From Pristiophorus japonicus (Eukaryota): a DNA stretch of 64,000 nucleotides. The notes below the pieces were generated by a model. It worked only from the letters and a program-made list of their open reading frames with translations, was not told the origin of the DNA and did not search any database. The stretch is taken from positions 38,564,001 to 38,628,000 of the forward strand of contig NC_091999.1 in the NCBI RefSeq assembly GCF_044704955.1, read 5' to 3'. Of this stretch, positions 11,301 through 23,474 are shown piece by piece. Each line of letters begins with the position of its first letter. The stretch's first letter is position 1. The position numbers and the translations under genes are program-made.

Positions 11301-14300
11301 GTAAGGAACATTCCTACATTCTGCAACTGTTGTATTTGTGCCTTTATTTTACATTTCTCTTTATTTTAATAATTATTTCGTTCACTGAAACTTGGGTTCG
11401 GTGGGTTCTCTATTGAGATTTTTCAATGTTTTATGTAATTCTGCTACAAAGTGATTATAGAATTCAACTGTTTCTCCACATAAGTTGTTGTTGAAGTGAT
11501 TTGGTGTTTATCTGCTAACGAGTTTCTGTGCTTGAGTTACGTTAAATCCTTTAAAGTTGTTACACTCTTTGACACTTCTGCAATGTTTAATCTCGGTGAC
11601 CTATGATTGCTGCAATTTTTCTGATCGAATACAAACATTGTGTTTAAATATTTTTGAAAGAACATTTTAAACACATAACATAAATCTTAGCGCTCAATAT
11701 ATATTCTTAAGGAATTTAAAGATTTTAGTGAAAATTACATTTGTCATCTACTGACCGAATGTTCCCGAATGCACAGATTCAATACGTGAAGTGTTGCTGT
11801 AATTAAGGACTGAAAAATTAACACATTTCCAGATGGACCTGATTTAAATTAATATTACTAACATTATAATGATGTAGTAATATCACCCATTATTATTAAA
11901 ATATGCTATAATATTAACATTAATGTATTTTACATGATCCATCAAATCACAATTCTGCTGTCATTATTTTATATTTCAGTTAAATTCAATCATAAGTTAT
12001 TTTAGTTTTAGGCGGCTTCGGTGATTGTGTAAAGAGACTTTTTGCAATGATACATTTAATTCTGCTGAAATGGTTTAGAGAATGAAGGATCTGTTCATGA
12101 AAGGTTCTGTCCGCCCCTCAGTGATGTGATTTAGTATTGATCTGCTGAGGAGAGTTTGTGCCGGTGTTATTCAGAATACCAAAAATTTGTGAAACTATTT
12201 CCCGTTTCTACAATGTTTAATATCGGTGACAGCGGGCAGCAGCAGGTTCCTGATCGAATACAAACAAGATATGTGTTTGAAACTGTTTGAAAGCAGATTG
12301 TAGGCAGAGAACAGGAAGGTTTTAGGAATCAGAAATCATTGAAATATATTTTAACATAACAATTATTGGTGATAATTATATATTCAACTATAAATTTATG
12401 TTTACGATGCTGATATTTACTGAGTGAAACGTAACTGTAATTACCAGCTATATAATTAGCAATTATTCAGGTTGTAGCTGAAATAAATTACGATTAACAA
12501 ACCGATTATAATATTATAATGCGATAATATCTTCCAATGTTATTAAAATATGTTATAATATCAATATAATTTTCTTAATATTATTTGCCTTCCAAAATCC
12601 TGCTGTACACTGGGCTCCATTAAGAGGAGCAGAAACTTTTAGAGGCTGGATACAATTATTAATTATGCCTGCAATTAGTTCACTGACAACATATTGATTC
12701 CACCGTGTGTTCAGTTTGAGTCGGGAGTTCAGTTACTTTTTACCTCCTGTTTACAGAGATGATTGGCATTGTCTTTAATTATAACTCAAAGCCGTGTTGT
12801 AAATTGCATTTTGTCAATTTAATATGAAATTCTTACTGTGCAACCGAAATTTGTTATTGAATCACTATTGTGTTTTGTTTGATACCGATAGAATTATCAC
12901 TAAACTAATCTTAAACAGTTTGCAAGATCAGCGGCTGTGAGTCAGGCGTCACCGGCAGTCAAATAATTATACATGTGATTATATTCAAATTCAAGACTGC
13001 ATAGGCTGGAGATAGGCAAATAATCCATTGAAATTCAAGCAGATTAATTTACTTAAAAAATGTTCATCTTGTTTAGAATTTAACACAACTTCCTTTCTCC
13101 CAAAGCGGTGCTATATAAGGGATAGAACGGTAGACAAAGCACAGGTCATATCTGAGAATTATGTTAATTATTATTAATATTAAATTGATGAACAAAGTCT
13201 CTCCTCCATTTTCTCATTCAGGTTCAGTGTGGCAGATGGCCTGAATGATTTGTTATCCTACAGTTTTACACTAACCATTCTGGAAATTAGTTTCAAGAAA
13301 TAGCAGAATGTATTTAATAATTAATTTGGGGGCATTGTGTGAATAATGGGAGTGAACTGTAAATGATTGTCTGTGTTATTAAATAGCAGAAGTTCTGCTA
13401 CTGACTGCAAACTGGTTTTAATTAAGAAAACCATTTTTGGGAAGTTAAGATTGTGGAGAATATTTCAGCTCGAGAGTCCAGTTTAGTAAACAAGTGGTTT
13501 ACAGCACATCGGACTTGTGACCCGGGCCGGACAGTGAACTATTTAAAATAGTCCACTCCTCAATCCATCATGTGCAATGTACTCTGAAAATAGACCCAGT
13601 TTTTGTTATGTCAGAATATGTAGAATTTAAAAATGTATCGGTAGAGAACGGGACAGAAGTAGAACTGCGTAATGAGCGTCAATTAGTCAAATGTGATTTG
13701 AGTTAAGTAAAAATAATTTATTTTTCTGATTGTATTTATGTATTAATATGCTGCTTAATATTTTACTGTTGATGAATTGTTATGGTAAGTTAAGTAAACC
13801 TTAATATATCACAAGTTGCCAGGCAGAAAAGGTTTTTAAATTATTATTCATTAATTGTATCAGTAAGACTGAAATTCAAGCACATTAAGTTAATTTCAAA
13901 AGTTCCAGGTACGTGTGCTTCTGAGGAGGAAGTGCCAGACAGGTACTCAGAGTATTTCCAATAATCAGCTAACACGAACACAAACTTAAAATGTAATATT
14001 CGTTCTAATTCATTAAACATAAATGATCTCTTGCAATTGCATTGCATACTGGTCAACATTACAGTTATTACACTAACACAAGGGTTGGAGAGAATGTTTA
14101 ATTAATTCCTAAATTAATTTAGAAGATAATGCATGTATAACTCGGCTGTGCTGAGTTCGATAAGCTATCGCTTAATATTTTAGTTGATTTTGCCTCGATG
14201 ATTTTACAGGTTATATTTACTATTGCAAATATGTCAAATCAGTGGGTGATCAGGTTTCAATGTATATGTCTCCTGGATTGTGACATTCTTACGCTGTTAG

Positions 14301-14819
14301 CTAGTCCCGTTTAACGCGCAGCACTTTCCGTGGAATGAGAATTATTTCCAGATACTTATTTTCAGGGAAATTAATTTTTACACGGTTTACAAGATAGTCG
14401 ACCGAGAGGGAGGAATGGCTGGATGTTGAATAGTTTCTCAAATAAAGATCAGTTTAATTTCAAAAAATCTGCAGAGTTGAGGTGGTTGGAAATTGACAAG
14501 AAATAAATTAGAAATCAAACAGCTTCATTGAAATTAACAGATAGAACTGGTCTCTCTCACTGGAGCACCGTTGTTGCACCGTTTGTGTCAGTTCTGTTCC
14601 TGTGCGCCTGCTCACTGTGTGAGAATCATCAGTCCTCCTGACGGGTTGCAAAACTTCTGGATTGTGATCGTGTATTGCGGGGAGTGTCATTTAACTCAGT
14701 TATTTAAGAAACTGGTATATGTGAGAAACGTAAAAGATTGACTTTAAGGTTGAGGAGTCGCCGCTGAAATGAGATCAGTAACCCAGCTTTTGACAGTCAG
14801 AAGGAGCAGTTCCGAAACA

Positions 14820-16230
14820 CCACGGGGGGACAGTAGAAGAAGCTTTAATCAGTTTCTAACCCGGTTGTACCTACCCTGGAAGTGTTTGATGGGACAGTGC
14901 AGAAGGAGCTTTACTCTGTATCTAGCCCATGCTGTACGTGCCCTGGGAGTGTTTGATGGGACAGTGTAGAGGGAGTGTTACTCTGTGCTGACCCATGCTG
15001 TACCTGTTCTGGGCGTGTTTGATGGGACAATGTAGAGGGAGCTCAACTCTGTATCTTGACCGATGCTGTATCTGCCCTGTGTGGATTGATGGCACAGTGC
15101 AGAAATAATTTTACTCGGAATCTAAACCTTGCTATATTTGACCCGTCTTACAGGGTAGTGCAGTTTAATATGCATTCATCCTTTGCTTTACATGACCTTA
15201 CAGCGCCAGACAGACCAGTGAAGAGGGAGATTTACTCTATCGAATCTGTCCTGTATCTGATTCGAGTGTTTTTCGAAAACAAATTGAAGAAACCTCAATC
15301 TGCATCTAACTAATACGATATTGAATTAGTTATTGTTATACAGTTGAGCATCAGCTAATTATTGAATGAGATTGGTCTGATCCTAAGCTTACTTTCAGAA
15401 CAAACAGTTTCAGGAAAGCAGTGCCTCGTCTGATCAGATGGATGCTCCAATTTATTTTGGCAATTTTGTACCTGCACTGGGACTGTTTGATGGGACACTG
15501 TAGAGGGTGATTAAGTCTGTATCTACCCATGCTGTACCTGCCCTGGGAATGTTTAATGGGACATTCTAGAGGGAGCTTTACACTGTACCTGTATTGGGAG
15601 TGTTTGATGGGACATTGTAGAGGAAGCTTTATTTTTTATCCAAGCCGTACTGGACCTGTCCTGAATGTGTTTAATTGGCAGTGTGGAGGGAAATCTACTG
15701 TTTATCTAACTCGTGCCGTAACTACACTGGGAGTGTTTGATATGACAGTGATGAAGGAGCTTTACTCTGCAACTAACCCATACTTTACCTTATCTGGCAT
15801 TGCTTGGTGGGACATTGCAGAGATAGCTTTAATCAACATTTAACCTTTTTTTTAGAAGGACGTGGAGCTTAATTGGGTCCTTCAATATAGATTGATCTTC
15901 TATTTAATCAGAGCTATAGGTGAGCTGGTGTGCTTTAAAGGGGAAGTGTATGGGAAGCTTTTCTTTGTACGTGTGATAATTGTGCTGAGTATAATCGGTC
16001 AATTTGATAATGCATTTTATGGGGAGACATTTCGTAGCACATCTCTGCAGTACTTGAGCTGGGAATGTTTGACGGGATAGTACAGATAACATATTACTCT
16101 GTGTGTAACCCTTGCTATACCTTGCCTGACCCACACGACAGCATAGCGGGAGCTTTGCTCTTGTATCGTGCTGTATCTGACCTGAGAGTGCTTGGTCAGG
16201 CAATGTTCAAGGCACCGTTATCTGCCACTA
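14820..16230 (+). repeat. Degenerate ~61-bp satellite (gggagtgtttgatgggacagtgtagagggagctttactctgtatctaacccgtgctgtacctgccct) in the J-C intron
   Basis: Repeated units in two blocks (~14820-15310 and ~15470-16230); same family at 29950-30545, 55190-55735 and 59610-59841. Confidence 0.85.
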
Positions 16231-16929
16231 ACAGATAGCAGATAAACTACTCGTGCCAGATATAAACAATAAATCGTCCGATTGCCCAGATTAAACAACG
16301 CACATTCATTGATGTTTATATTCTTTCTGAAAAAATGCCAAATTTTTAATGAGTTATTCATGTTTGAACATTCTGGGCATCAGATTTCTATTGAACACGA
16401 TTCGCCTGATCCTCAGCTCACTTTCAGAACAAACCGTTTCAGGAAGTGAATAACGCTCCAGAAAGCAGCGGCTGTTCTGATCTGTTGGGAGGCTGTAAGT
16501 TATTTTCACAATTTAAATGGAGGATATCGAGACTCCCGCTTCAAATAACAGTCATGAGGACCTCGTGTTTAGAAACATTATGTTGTTCAATTCATCTTGA
16601 GCAGGTTAAATGTAGGGACAAACTATGAGAGATGCAGCTATTGGCCTGGGTCACAACACAAGGTGCACAGTCACTGAGCTGCAATTCTGTGAAACATTTA
16701 AAGAGATAGAGTCAACCTGCAATAAGTCATCATTCGCAATGAACTTTAAGCCTTTATAACAGCATGCGATTGACTAATTTGCGTCAGATTTATAAGATCC
16801 CTTTATTTTAAATATCCTCTTTCATTATAACGAACAGTAAAAATAGATCTGGTAGAGGTGTCCAAAATATGAAGCGTTTCCTTCCATTAAATCTAGAAGC
16901 ACTATTCACACTGACTCGTGTAGAATGAT

Positions 16930-17840
16930 AGCATCTCACAGCACTGAAAAGGCCATTCAAGCATCGTGCCTGTGCCGGCTCTGAAAGAGCTGTCCAATTT
17001 AATCCAACTCCCCTGGGTTTTCCTTGTAAACGTGCACATGTGTCCTCCTGACATACAGGAGGATCTGCTTGGAGCATTCCTGAAATTACCAACCCTCTGT
17101 GTGAAACAATTGCCCCAATTTTCCCTTTTGATCTTTTGCCAATTATTTTAAATCTGTGACCTTTGGTTACCCACCTACCTTCCAGCGGAAGCAGTTTCTC
17201 CCTACTTGCTCTATCAAAAACTATCATAATGTTGAATATCTCTCTTACGTTTCTTCTTAACCTCTGTTCTAAGGAGAACATCCCTGCTTTTCCAATCTCT
17301 CCACATAACTGAAGTCCGCATCCCTGGCATAATCCTGGTAAAAGCCTCCCCTCTACACTCCCCAAGGGCTTGACATCCTTCCTACATTGTTGTTCCAGAA
17401 TTGTGCACAATACTCCAGCTGAGGCCTAACACGTGATCTGTATGTTTAGCATAACCGCCTTGTTTTTGTAGTCAATTCCCCATTTAGAAAGTCAAGTATC
17501 CCATAATGTTTCATAACTGTCTTACCAGTTTGCCCTGCCCCGTTCAAAGATTTGTAAATATGTACATCTACGACTCTCTGTTCGTGCATCCCCTCAAAAC
17601 AATACTATTTAGATTACACTGCCTCTCCATCTTCCACCCAATGTGCATCGCTTCTCAATGATTCGCATTAAATTGCAATTGCCATGTCCCGGCCCATTTC
17701 ACTGGTCCATCTGTCTCCTCATGGAGTCTGCTGCTTTCATGCTCACTATAGGCTACGTTGCCAGGTTTTGCCTCATCTTCGAACTTCGAAATTGTATTCC
17801 CGATAACCAAGTCCAGGTCGTTGTTATATAACAAGAACAG
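16930..17840 (-). mobile_element. Old CR1 3' fragment in the J-C intron
   Basis: Degenerate RT/C-terminal motifs (NDLDLVIGNTISKFEDEAK; FSLEQRLR...KGHRFKIIGKR). Confidence 0.75.
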
Positions 17841-18601
17841 CAATGGGAACTGAAATGGGCCATTTAAGGAGAAACTTCCAATTAACCGGATTTTGGAATG
17901 GTATTTTATTCAGATTATTAATTGAATGGGATGGAGGAGGAAACTCAAGAGGCATGCATTCAATAGGATGGGATAGAGCCCAGATCACATTGCACTGAGT
18001 GACATCGCTCTTCCTCAAATGCTGAGGAAATAAGGGAGAAATTCGACTCAATCGCGATTCATCTCCAGCTTGAATCTTAGAAACTAGACTATGGAAATGC
18101 TATCTGTTGAATTATGTGGTAGGCAAATTTAGAGGGTTTTTTGCTAACGTCCGAAGCAGGAATTCCGCTGTTACTTTGAAGTGCAGTCACAATTGTTTTG
18201 TTGGGATACACTGCAGGCAATGTGCACAGAGCGAACTTCCCCAAACTGCAATTAAATAAAGGACCAGAAATGGTGCTGATTGAGAAATAAATGCAGGCCG
18301 AAATAGCAGGAACATGCCTCTGTTCTTCTATTGTATGAACCAATGAAGGATTCTTTATTGGCGAGTTGTGTAAAGGTTCTTGTTGTGTAATGTGATAGAG
18401 CTCGGGGATAGAAAGGTGTGTTCCTGACCAGGGCATCGACAGGTGCTTATAAAGGAACTGACAGAAGCTCAAATGCCCGTGTAGTCTTTGATGGGAAAAT
18501 GGTGGAATTAGTTTATTCTGCAGTCAAATTTCGAGTTGTTTCTTTCTTTTATAAGCATGGATTACAGAGTCTAACTTGTTCAATGGGCCATTCTTTCTCA
18601 G

Positions 18602-18901
18602 TAACACCGTTTCCCCCCAATCTCTACGCCCTGCTCTCCTGCTGTGAACAACCCAGCACCGATGGCTCCATCACATACGGCTGTTTGGCGATGGACTACT
18701 CCCCCGATATCACCAGCCTTTCCTGGAAGAAAGATAAAGATCCTATCACCACTGCATTGAAGACCTACCCGTCAGTGTTCAACAAGAAAGGAATCTACAC
18801 CCAGAGCAGCCAGTTAACCATCACCAAGTCAGATGTGGGGAGCAGCACAATCTTCTGTGAGGTTCGACGTGGTGTGTCGGTCTGGGCCATCACAATGCCA
18901 G
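18602..18901 (+). CDS. IGHM: Cmu1 exon
   Basis: AG at 18600-18601, GT at 18902; [16 protein letters not shown]...[10 protein letters not shown]...WKKD...TQSSQLTI...FCEVRRG, an Ig C1 domain. Confidence 0.95.
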
Positions 18902-18980
18902 GTTAGTGATGTGGGTTACAGGGCAAACAATGATAAGATGACAAATTATGCTCAACTTGTATAGCAATTTGGTAAGACAA

Positions 18981-19430
18981 CACCTAGAGTACTGTGTACA
19001 GTTCTGCTCTCCCTATCATACTTAGAATACTGTGTACAGTTCTCGTCTCCAAATCACACTTAGAGTATTGTGTACAGTTATGATTTCCACATAATACTTA
19101 GAATACTGAGCACAGTTCTAGTTTCTTTATCACATTTAGAATATTGGTCACAATTCTGGTTTCCATCTCATACTTAGATTAGTGTCTAAAGTTCTGGTCT
19201 CCATATCATACTAAGAATATTATGCACAGTTCCGGTCTCCATATCACAGTTAGAATATTCTTTAAAGTTCTGGTTTCGATCTCATACTTAGAATACGGCA
19301 TAAAGTTGTGGTCTCCATATCATGCTTAGAATACTGTGCATGGTTCTGGACCTCATATCGCACTTAGAATATTATGCACAGTTCTGGTCTGCATATTACA
19401 CTGAGAATACAGTGCACAGTTCTGCTCTCT
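18981..19430 (+). repeat. 38-bp minisatellite x12 derived from a CR1 RT fragment
   Basis: Units (cacttagaatactgtgtacagttctggtctccatatca) start every 38 bp from 18981 to 19399; the first unit continues a CR1 remnant encoding LVRQHLEYCVQF. Confidence 0.9.
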
Positions 19431-19547
19431 GTAAATGCCTGGTTAGTGTTAGTCTGATAGCAAAGAACCTGTTAAAATATAAGGACACTTTGCATTTCTT
19501 AATCATTTATTTTACAAGCAATGTCAGTAATATGTTTTTTTTTGAAG

Positions 19548-19865
19548 ATCCTGAACCGGACATCGGTCCTCCAACTGTTCTCCTCACGCTGAGTTCCACT
19601 GAACAAATCACCACCAGCAGATATGCAAGCGCCGTGTGTTCAATCATCGATTTCCGGCCAAAGTCACTGACCGTGAATTGGCTGAAGAGTGGACAACTCC
19701 TGGATTCGGGCTTCGTCACCTCTCCCGTCTTTGAGGTGAACGGGAACTTCTCGACGGCCAGTCGGCTGACAGTCCCCGCCGAGGAATGGTTCACCGGCTC
19801 GGTCTACACCTGCCAAGTCACTCATGAAGGGGTCACGCAAAGCCGTAACTTCAGCAGATCTCAGG
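19548..19865 (+). CDS. IGHM: Cmu2 exon
   Basis: tttgaag acceptor, GTAAG donor at 19866; [13 protein letters not shown]...[16 protein letters not shown]...YTCQVTHEG...SRSQ. Confidence 0.95.
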
Positions 19866-20029
19866 GTAAGAGGCACAATCCCGGGAGGTTCCAGACCATT
19901 CTGAGCGCTGACCTAGTCAGGTGTTTCATTGGAATTAGTAAAAAGCAGAGGACTGTTCCAAATTTCCAATCATGCAGTCTGTGTATTCTTGCGATACAAA
20001 CTTGCCTTTATACAGCGCCTTCAGCGACC

Positions 20030-20425
20030 ACAGACTGAACCAAAGCGCTTGCCAGCCAATGGATTAAGTTGTGAAATGTTGTCATAGTTGTAATGTACAA
20101 AGTTCGGCAGTCATTTAGTGCACAGCAAGCTCCCAAAAACAACAGTGTGATAATGACCATTTTTTTTTGTTGAGTGATATTTCTTGAGGGATAAATATTC
20201 CCAGGCTACCAGGGAGAACTCCTCTGCTTTTCATTGAAATAATGCCAAGGTATCTTTTACCTCCACCTGAGAGGCCAGATGGATCCACGGTTTAACACCT
20301 GATCCAACTGACGGCACCTCCGACATTGCGCCATGCTCCCAGTACTGCACTGGGAGACTCAGCTTACATTTTGTGATCAAGTATCTGGAGTGTGAATTCA
20401 ATCCACTATCTTCTGGTTCAGGATT
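20030..20425 (-). mobile_element. Deu-domain SINE (SacSINE1/AmnSINE1-like)
   Basis: Contains tccacctgagaggccagatggatccacggtttaacacctgatcc...gacggcacctccgaca...cagtactgcactgg, resembling the reverse complement of the Deu core as recalled. Confidence 0.7.
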
Positions 20426-20619
20426 CCTCATTGCTCAGCTTTATTAACCTCGCCAAAGAAGTTTTCCCCTTGCTCTGATGTCAGGCAGTGAGTGAAGTGT
20501 CCTTAGTCACAGGTTTATCCTGAGTTGGCTGATCATATACGGAGTGGCAGTAGGAGTCTGGAACCCTTTCCTGCCAACTGTCCAGGAACCCTGCTAGAAT
20601 GAGCATCTACCCTATTCAG

Positions 20620-21115
20620 AGCACTGAGCCCAGTTCTGCGCTCCGCACCTCAGGAAGGATATACGTGGATGCGCTAAACTGCACGTTTACCCGAATTAAA
20701 CCGGGCCTATAATGTAAAATGATCTGGAGACGAGTATAGAACGTTAAGAGATGATCCAATTGAGGTGTTTAAGTTTATCAATGGAATTGATCGAGTAGAT
20801 ATAGAAACATTTATTTAGTTTGATGGGAGAGTCCAGAACAAGTAGCAGAACCTTAACATTAGAGTTAGGCCTTGCAGAGGTAATGTCACAAAGGATTTCC
20901 TCACAGGAAGAATAGTGCAAGTCGGGATTTCCCTCCCCAAAAGCTGCTGATGCTTGCTTTCAATTGAAAAGTTGAAAATTGAGATTGATAGATTTTTGTC
21001 AGGCAAGGTTATCAAGGCGGGAAGATGGTGTTGAGTGTTGATCAGCCATGATCTAACTGGATGGCGGGATAGGATGGATAGGCTGAATGGCCACCTACTG
21101 TTCCTATGTTGCTAT
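20620..21115 (+). mobile_element. Old CR1 3' fragment
   Basis: Degenerate RT C-terminus and 3' UTR (gatcagccatgatc...gctgaatggcc...tgttcctatgtt). Confidence 0.65.
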
Positions 21116-21816
21116 TAATGCCCTGAGGTCATATTTCACTCTGACTTTCTCTCACCAGACATGATAAATATTCAGTACTTACAGAAATTAAAAAATCTAC
21201 TTCACACCATTACAAATGATGCCCCACCATAAAGATTCCTTGGAACTCCATTCTCCCGACCTTGCACTTCTCCTCAGACGTGGGCTGTGACTGGTTACTG
21301 CACATTTTCACCGCAACAAAAAACGCAGCAAGATACCAGAAACTTAACATTGTTTCCTGTTGTCCCATAAATCTTGAAATTAATTTGACACTGGTTTTGA
21401 ACCAGTATAATGCTGGTGTCGACCTCTTGAACCTCGGGCTATTCGGGCTTCAGCTATTATAACCAGCAGAGATGAATTTGGGTGCAAGTATCTATAGACG
21501 GGTGTAAAGGAGCAAGGGATTTCAGGAAGAGCGCTATTCAATGCCTAACATAATTGCGCCCCAAAGAATTCCCATTTTACTCCGGGTATTTGCTTCACAG
21601 CCCGTTACAGGTGTCTCTGGCTGCAAATACACAGGAAATGTTACAGTTCTCCTGGAATCGTTGCCAATTAATTGTCCTTCCAATAACGGTGTTAAAGCAA
21701 CAGCGGGAGGTTGATACCTCAAATGTGATATATTCCCCTTGAAAGAGTTAAGGCTAAATATTGGTGTCCTGATTCTGAAGCTGCAGCTTTTCCTGACTTT
21801 CATTCCTGTTTCGCAG

Positions 21817-22125
21817 TGGATGTCCCATGCAGTGATTCAAAAATCACTCTTCGCCCACCGTCACTGGAACAGGTCTTACTGGAGGCGACGGTGACCTTAA
21901 CCTGCGTCGTGTCTGACGCTCCTTATGGGCTCACCGTGTCCTGGACCCGAGAAAAGGAGGCTTTGAAATCAGAGATTGCCGTCCAACCGGGAGAGGATCC
22001 CAACAGCGTGATCAGCAACTTAAACATCTCGACACAAGACTGGCTGAGTGGGGATAAGTTCTACTGCGTTGTGAGCCATCAGGATATGCCGACTCCGATC
22101 AGAGATTCCATCCACAAGGAAAAGG
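21817..22125 (+). CDS. IGHM: Cmu3 exon
   Basis: tcgcag acceptor, GTGAG donor at 22126; [32 protein letters not shown]...W...[13 protein letters not shown]...KEK. Confidence 0.95.
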
Positions 22126-23038
22126 GTGAGCGGGGCGATTGTTGCAATAAGTGAGATACTGTGACTAAGGCATGTGCAAGAGCCAATCATTATATAAAAT
22201 GTTTAATGGGCTACTTTGATCATTCAGTTTGGTAATTCCACGAACTCTGCACTCTGTGACCTGACATTATGTATTTTAGGGGAAAGTGGATTAGTCCATG
22301 AGTGAGAAAGGAATAGAAGGGTATGTTATTAGGATTAAATTAAGTGAGCTAGGAGGTGGCTTGTGTGGAACATACACACCGGCATAGACCAGTTGGCCAA
22401 ATCTCCTCATTCTGTGCAGTAAATTCTATGTAATTTTCCAGACCAATCCTTCAAGATTTCAGAGAGAAAGATTGTGTTCCCTCTGCTGCTGGATGAAAAA
22501 CCAGAAAGGCCCCAGAGGGGAAAAGGAAAAGCGTTAAAATTCAACGCAGTGTCCATTTCTCTCACATCTAACCACCTGAAATTGGCTAAATTTAAATAAG
22601 GAAGGCGAGTTGTGGGCGGTGGTATCACAGGCCACCCGGGAGAACGGGAGGATTGGAAGCCGAGTGAGGAGGTCTCGGATCGCGGGGGGTGGGTTAGGTA
22701 GGGACCCTGGATCCAGGGGTAGGTGTAAGGGCAATTACCACCTGGCTGCAGTTATCCCCGCCTCGCTGTAACTGCAGGGATTTACACAGTGTGTCAAACT
22801 GGACCAGCGACTGTTAAACACCAAATGGTGGTTAAAATTGAAGATTCCATTCTCATTTAAATATTTTACTCAACTATAATATTACAACCGGGAGTGGGCG
22901 CGTTGAGGTCGGGATATCGATTTTTACCAATTTAGCCACCTCCACGACCACAATCTGCCCGCTCCGTTAGGTTAAAGTTCACCCCCATTGTCTCTGGAAC
23001 TGTCCAGTTCATTGACCTTTATTCTAACTGTTCTACAG

Positions 23039-23430
23039 CGAAAGATCGGCGGGAACCGGCCGTGTCTGTCCTCCTGCCCTCGGTAGAAGAAGTCTCCGCT
23101 CCGAGGTTGGTCAGCCTCACCTGCTTAGTGAGAGGTTTCTCCCCCCGAGAGATCTTCGTCAAATGGACCGTCAATGACTAGCCGGTGGATTCCGGCAACT
23201 ACAAGAACACCGAGGTGATGGCGGAGAACGGCAGCAGCTCCTTCTTCATGTACAGCCTGCTATCCATTGCAGCCGAGGAGTGGGCCAGCGGCGCTTCTTA
23301 CTCCTGTGTGGTGGGACATGCAGCGATCCCCTTGAAGATCACCAACAGAATCGTCAATAAATCCAGCGGTAAACCCAGTTTTGTGAACATTTCCCTTGTT
23401 CTGATGGACACCGTCAATTCTTGTCAATGA
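23039..23430 (+). pseudogene. IGHM: Cmu4 exon with secretory tailpiece; premature TAG at 23179-23181
   Basis: [14 protein letters not shown]...[33 protein letters not shown]...YSCVVGH...NKSS|[20 protein letters not shown]; internal membrane-form donor GTAAA at 23369. Confidence 0.93.
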
Positions 23431-23468
23431 CAATCTCTCGATTGCCTTTCAGTTCTTAAATAGAAACC

Positions 23469-23474
23469 AATAAA
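23469..23474 (+). terminator. Poly(A) signal of the secretory mu transcript
   Basis: AATAAA 38 nt after the tailpiece stop codon. Confidence 0.75.

Noticed and set aside
22535-22986. Possible palindromic MITE in the Cmu3-Cmu4 intron
   Set aside because: Only a short central inverted repeat (ctgcagtta/taactgcag) is clear; termini and TSD could not be established.
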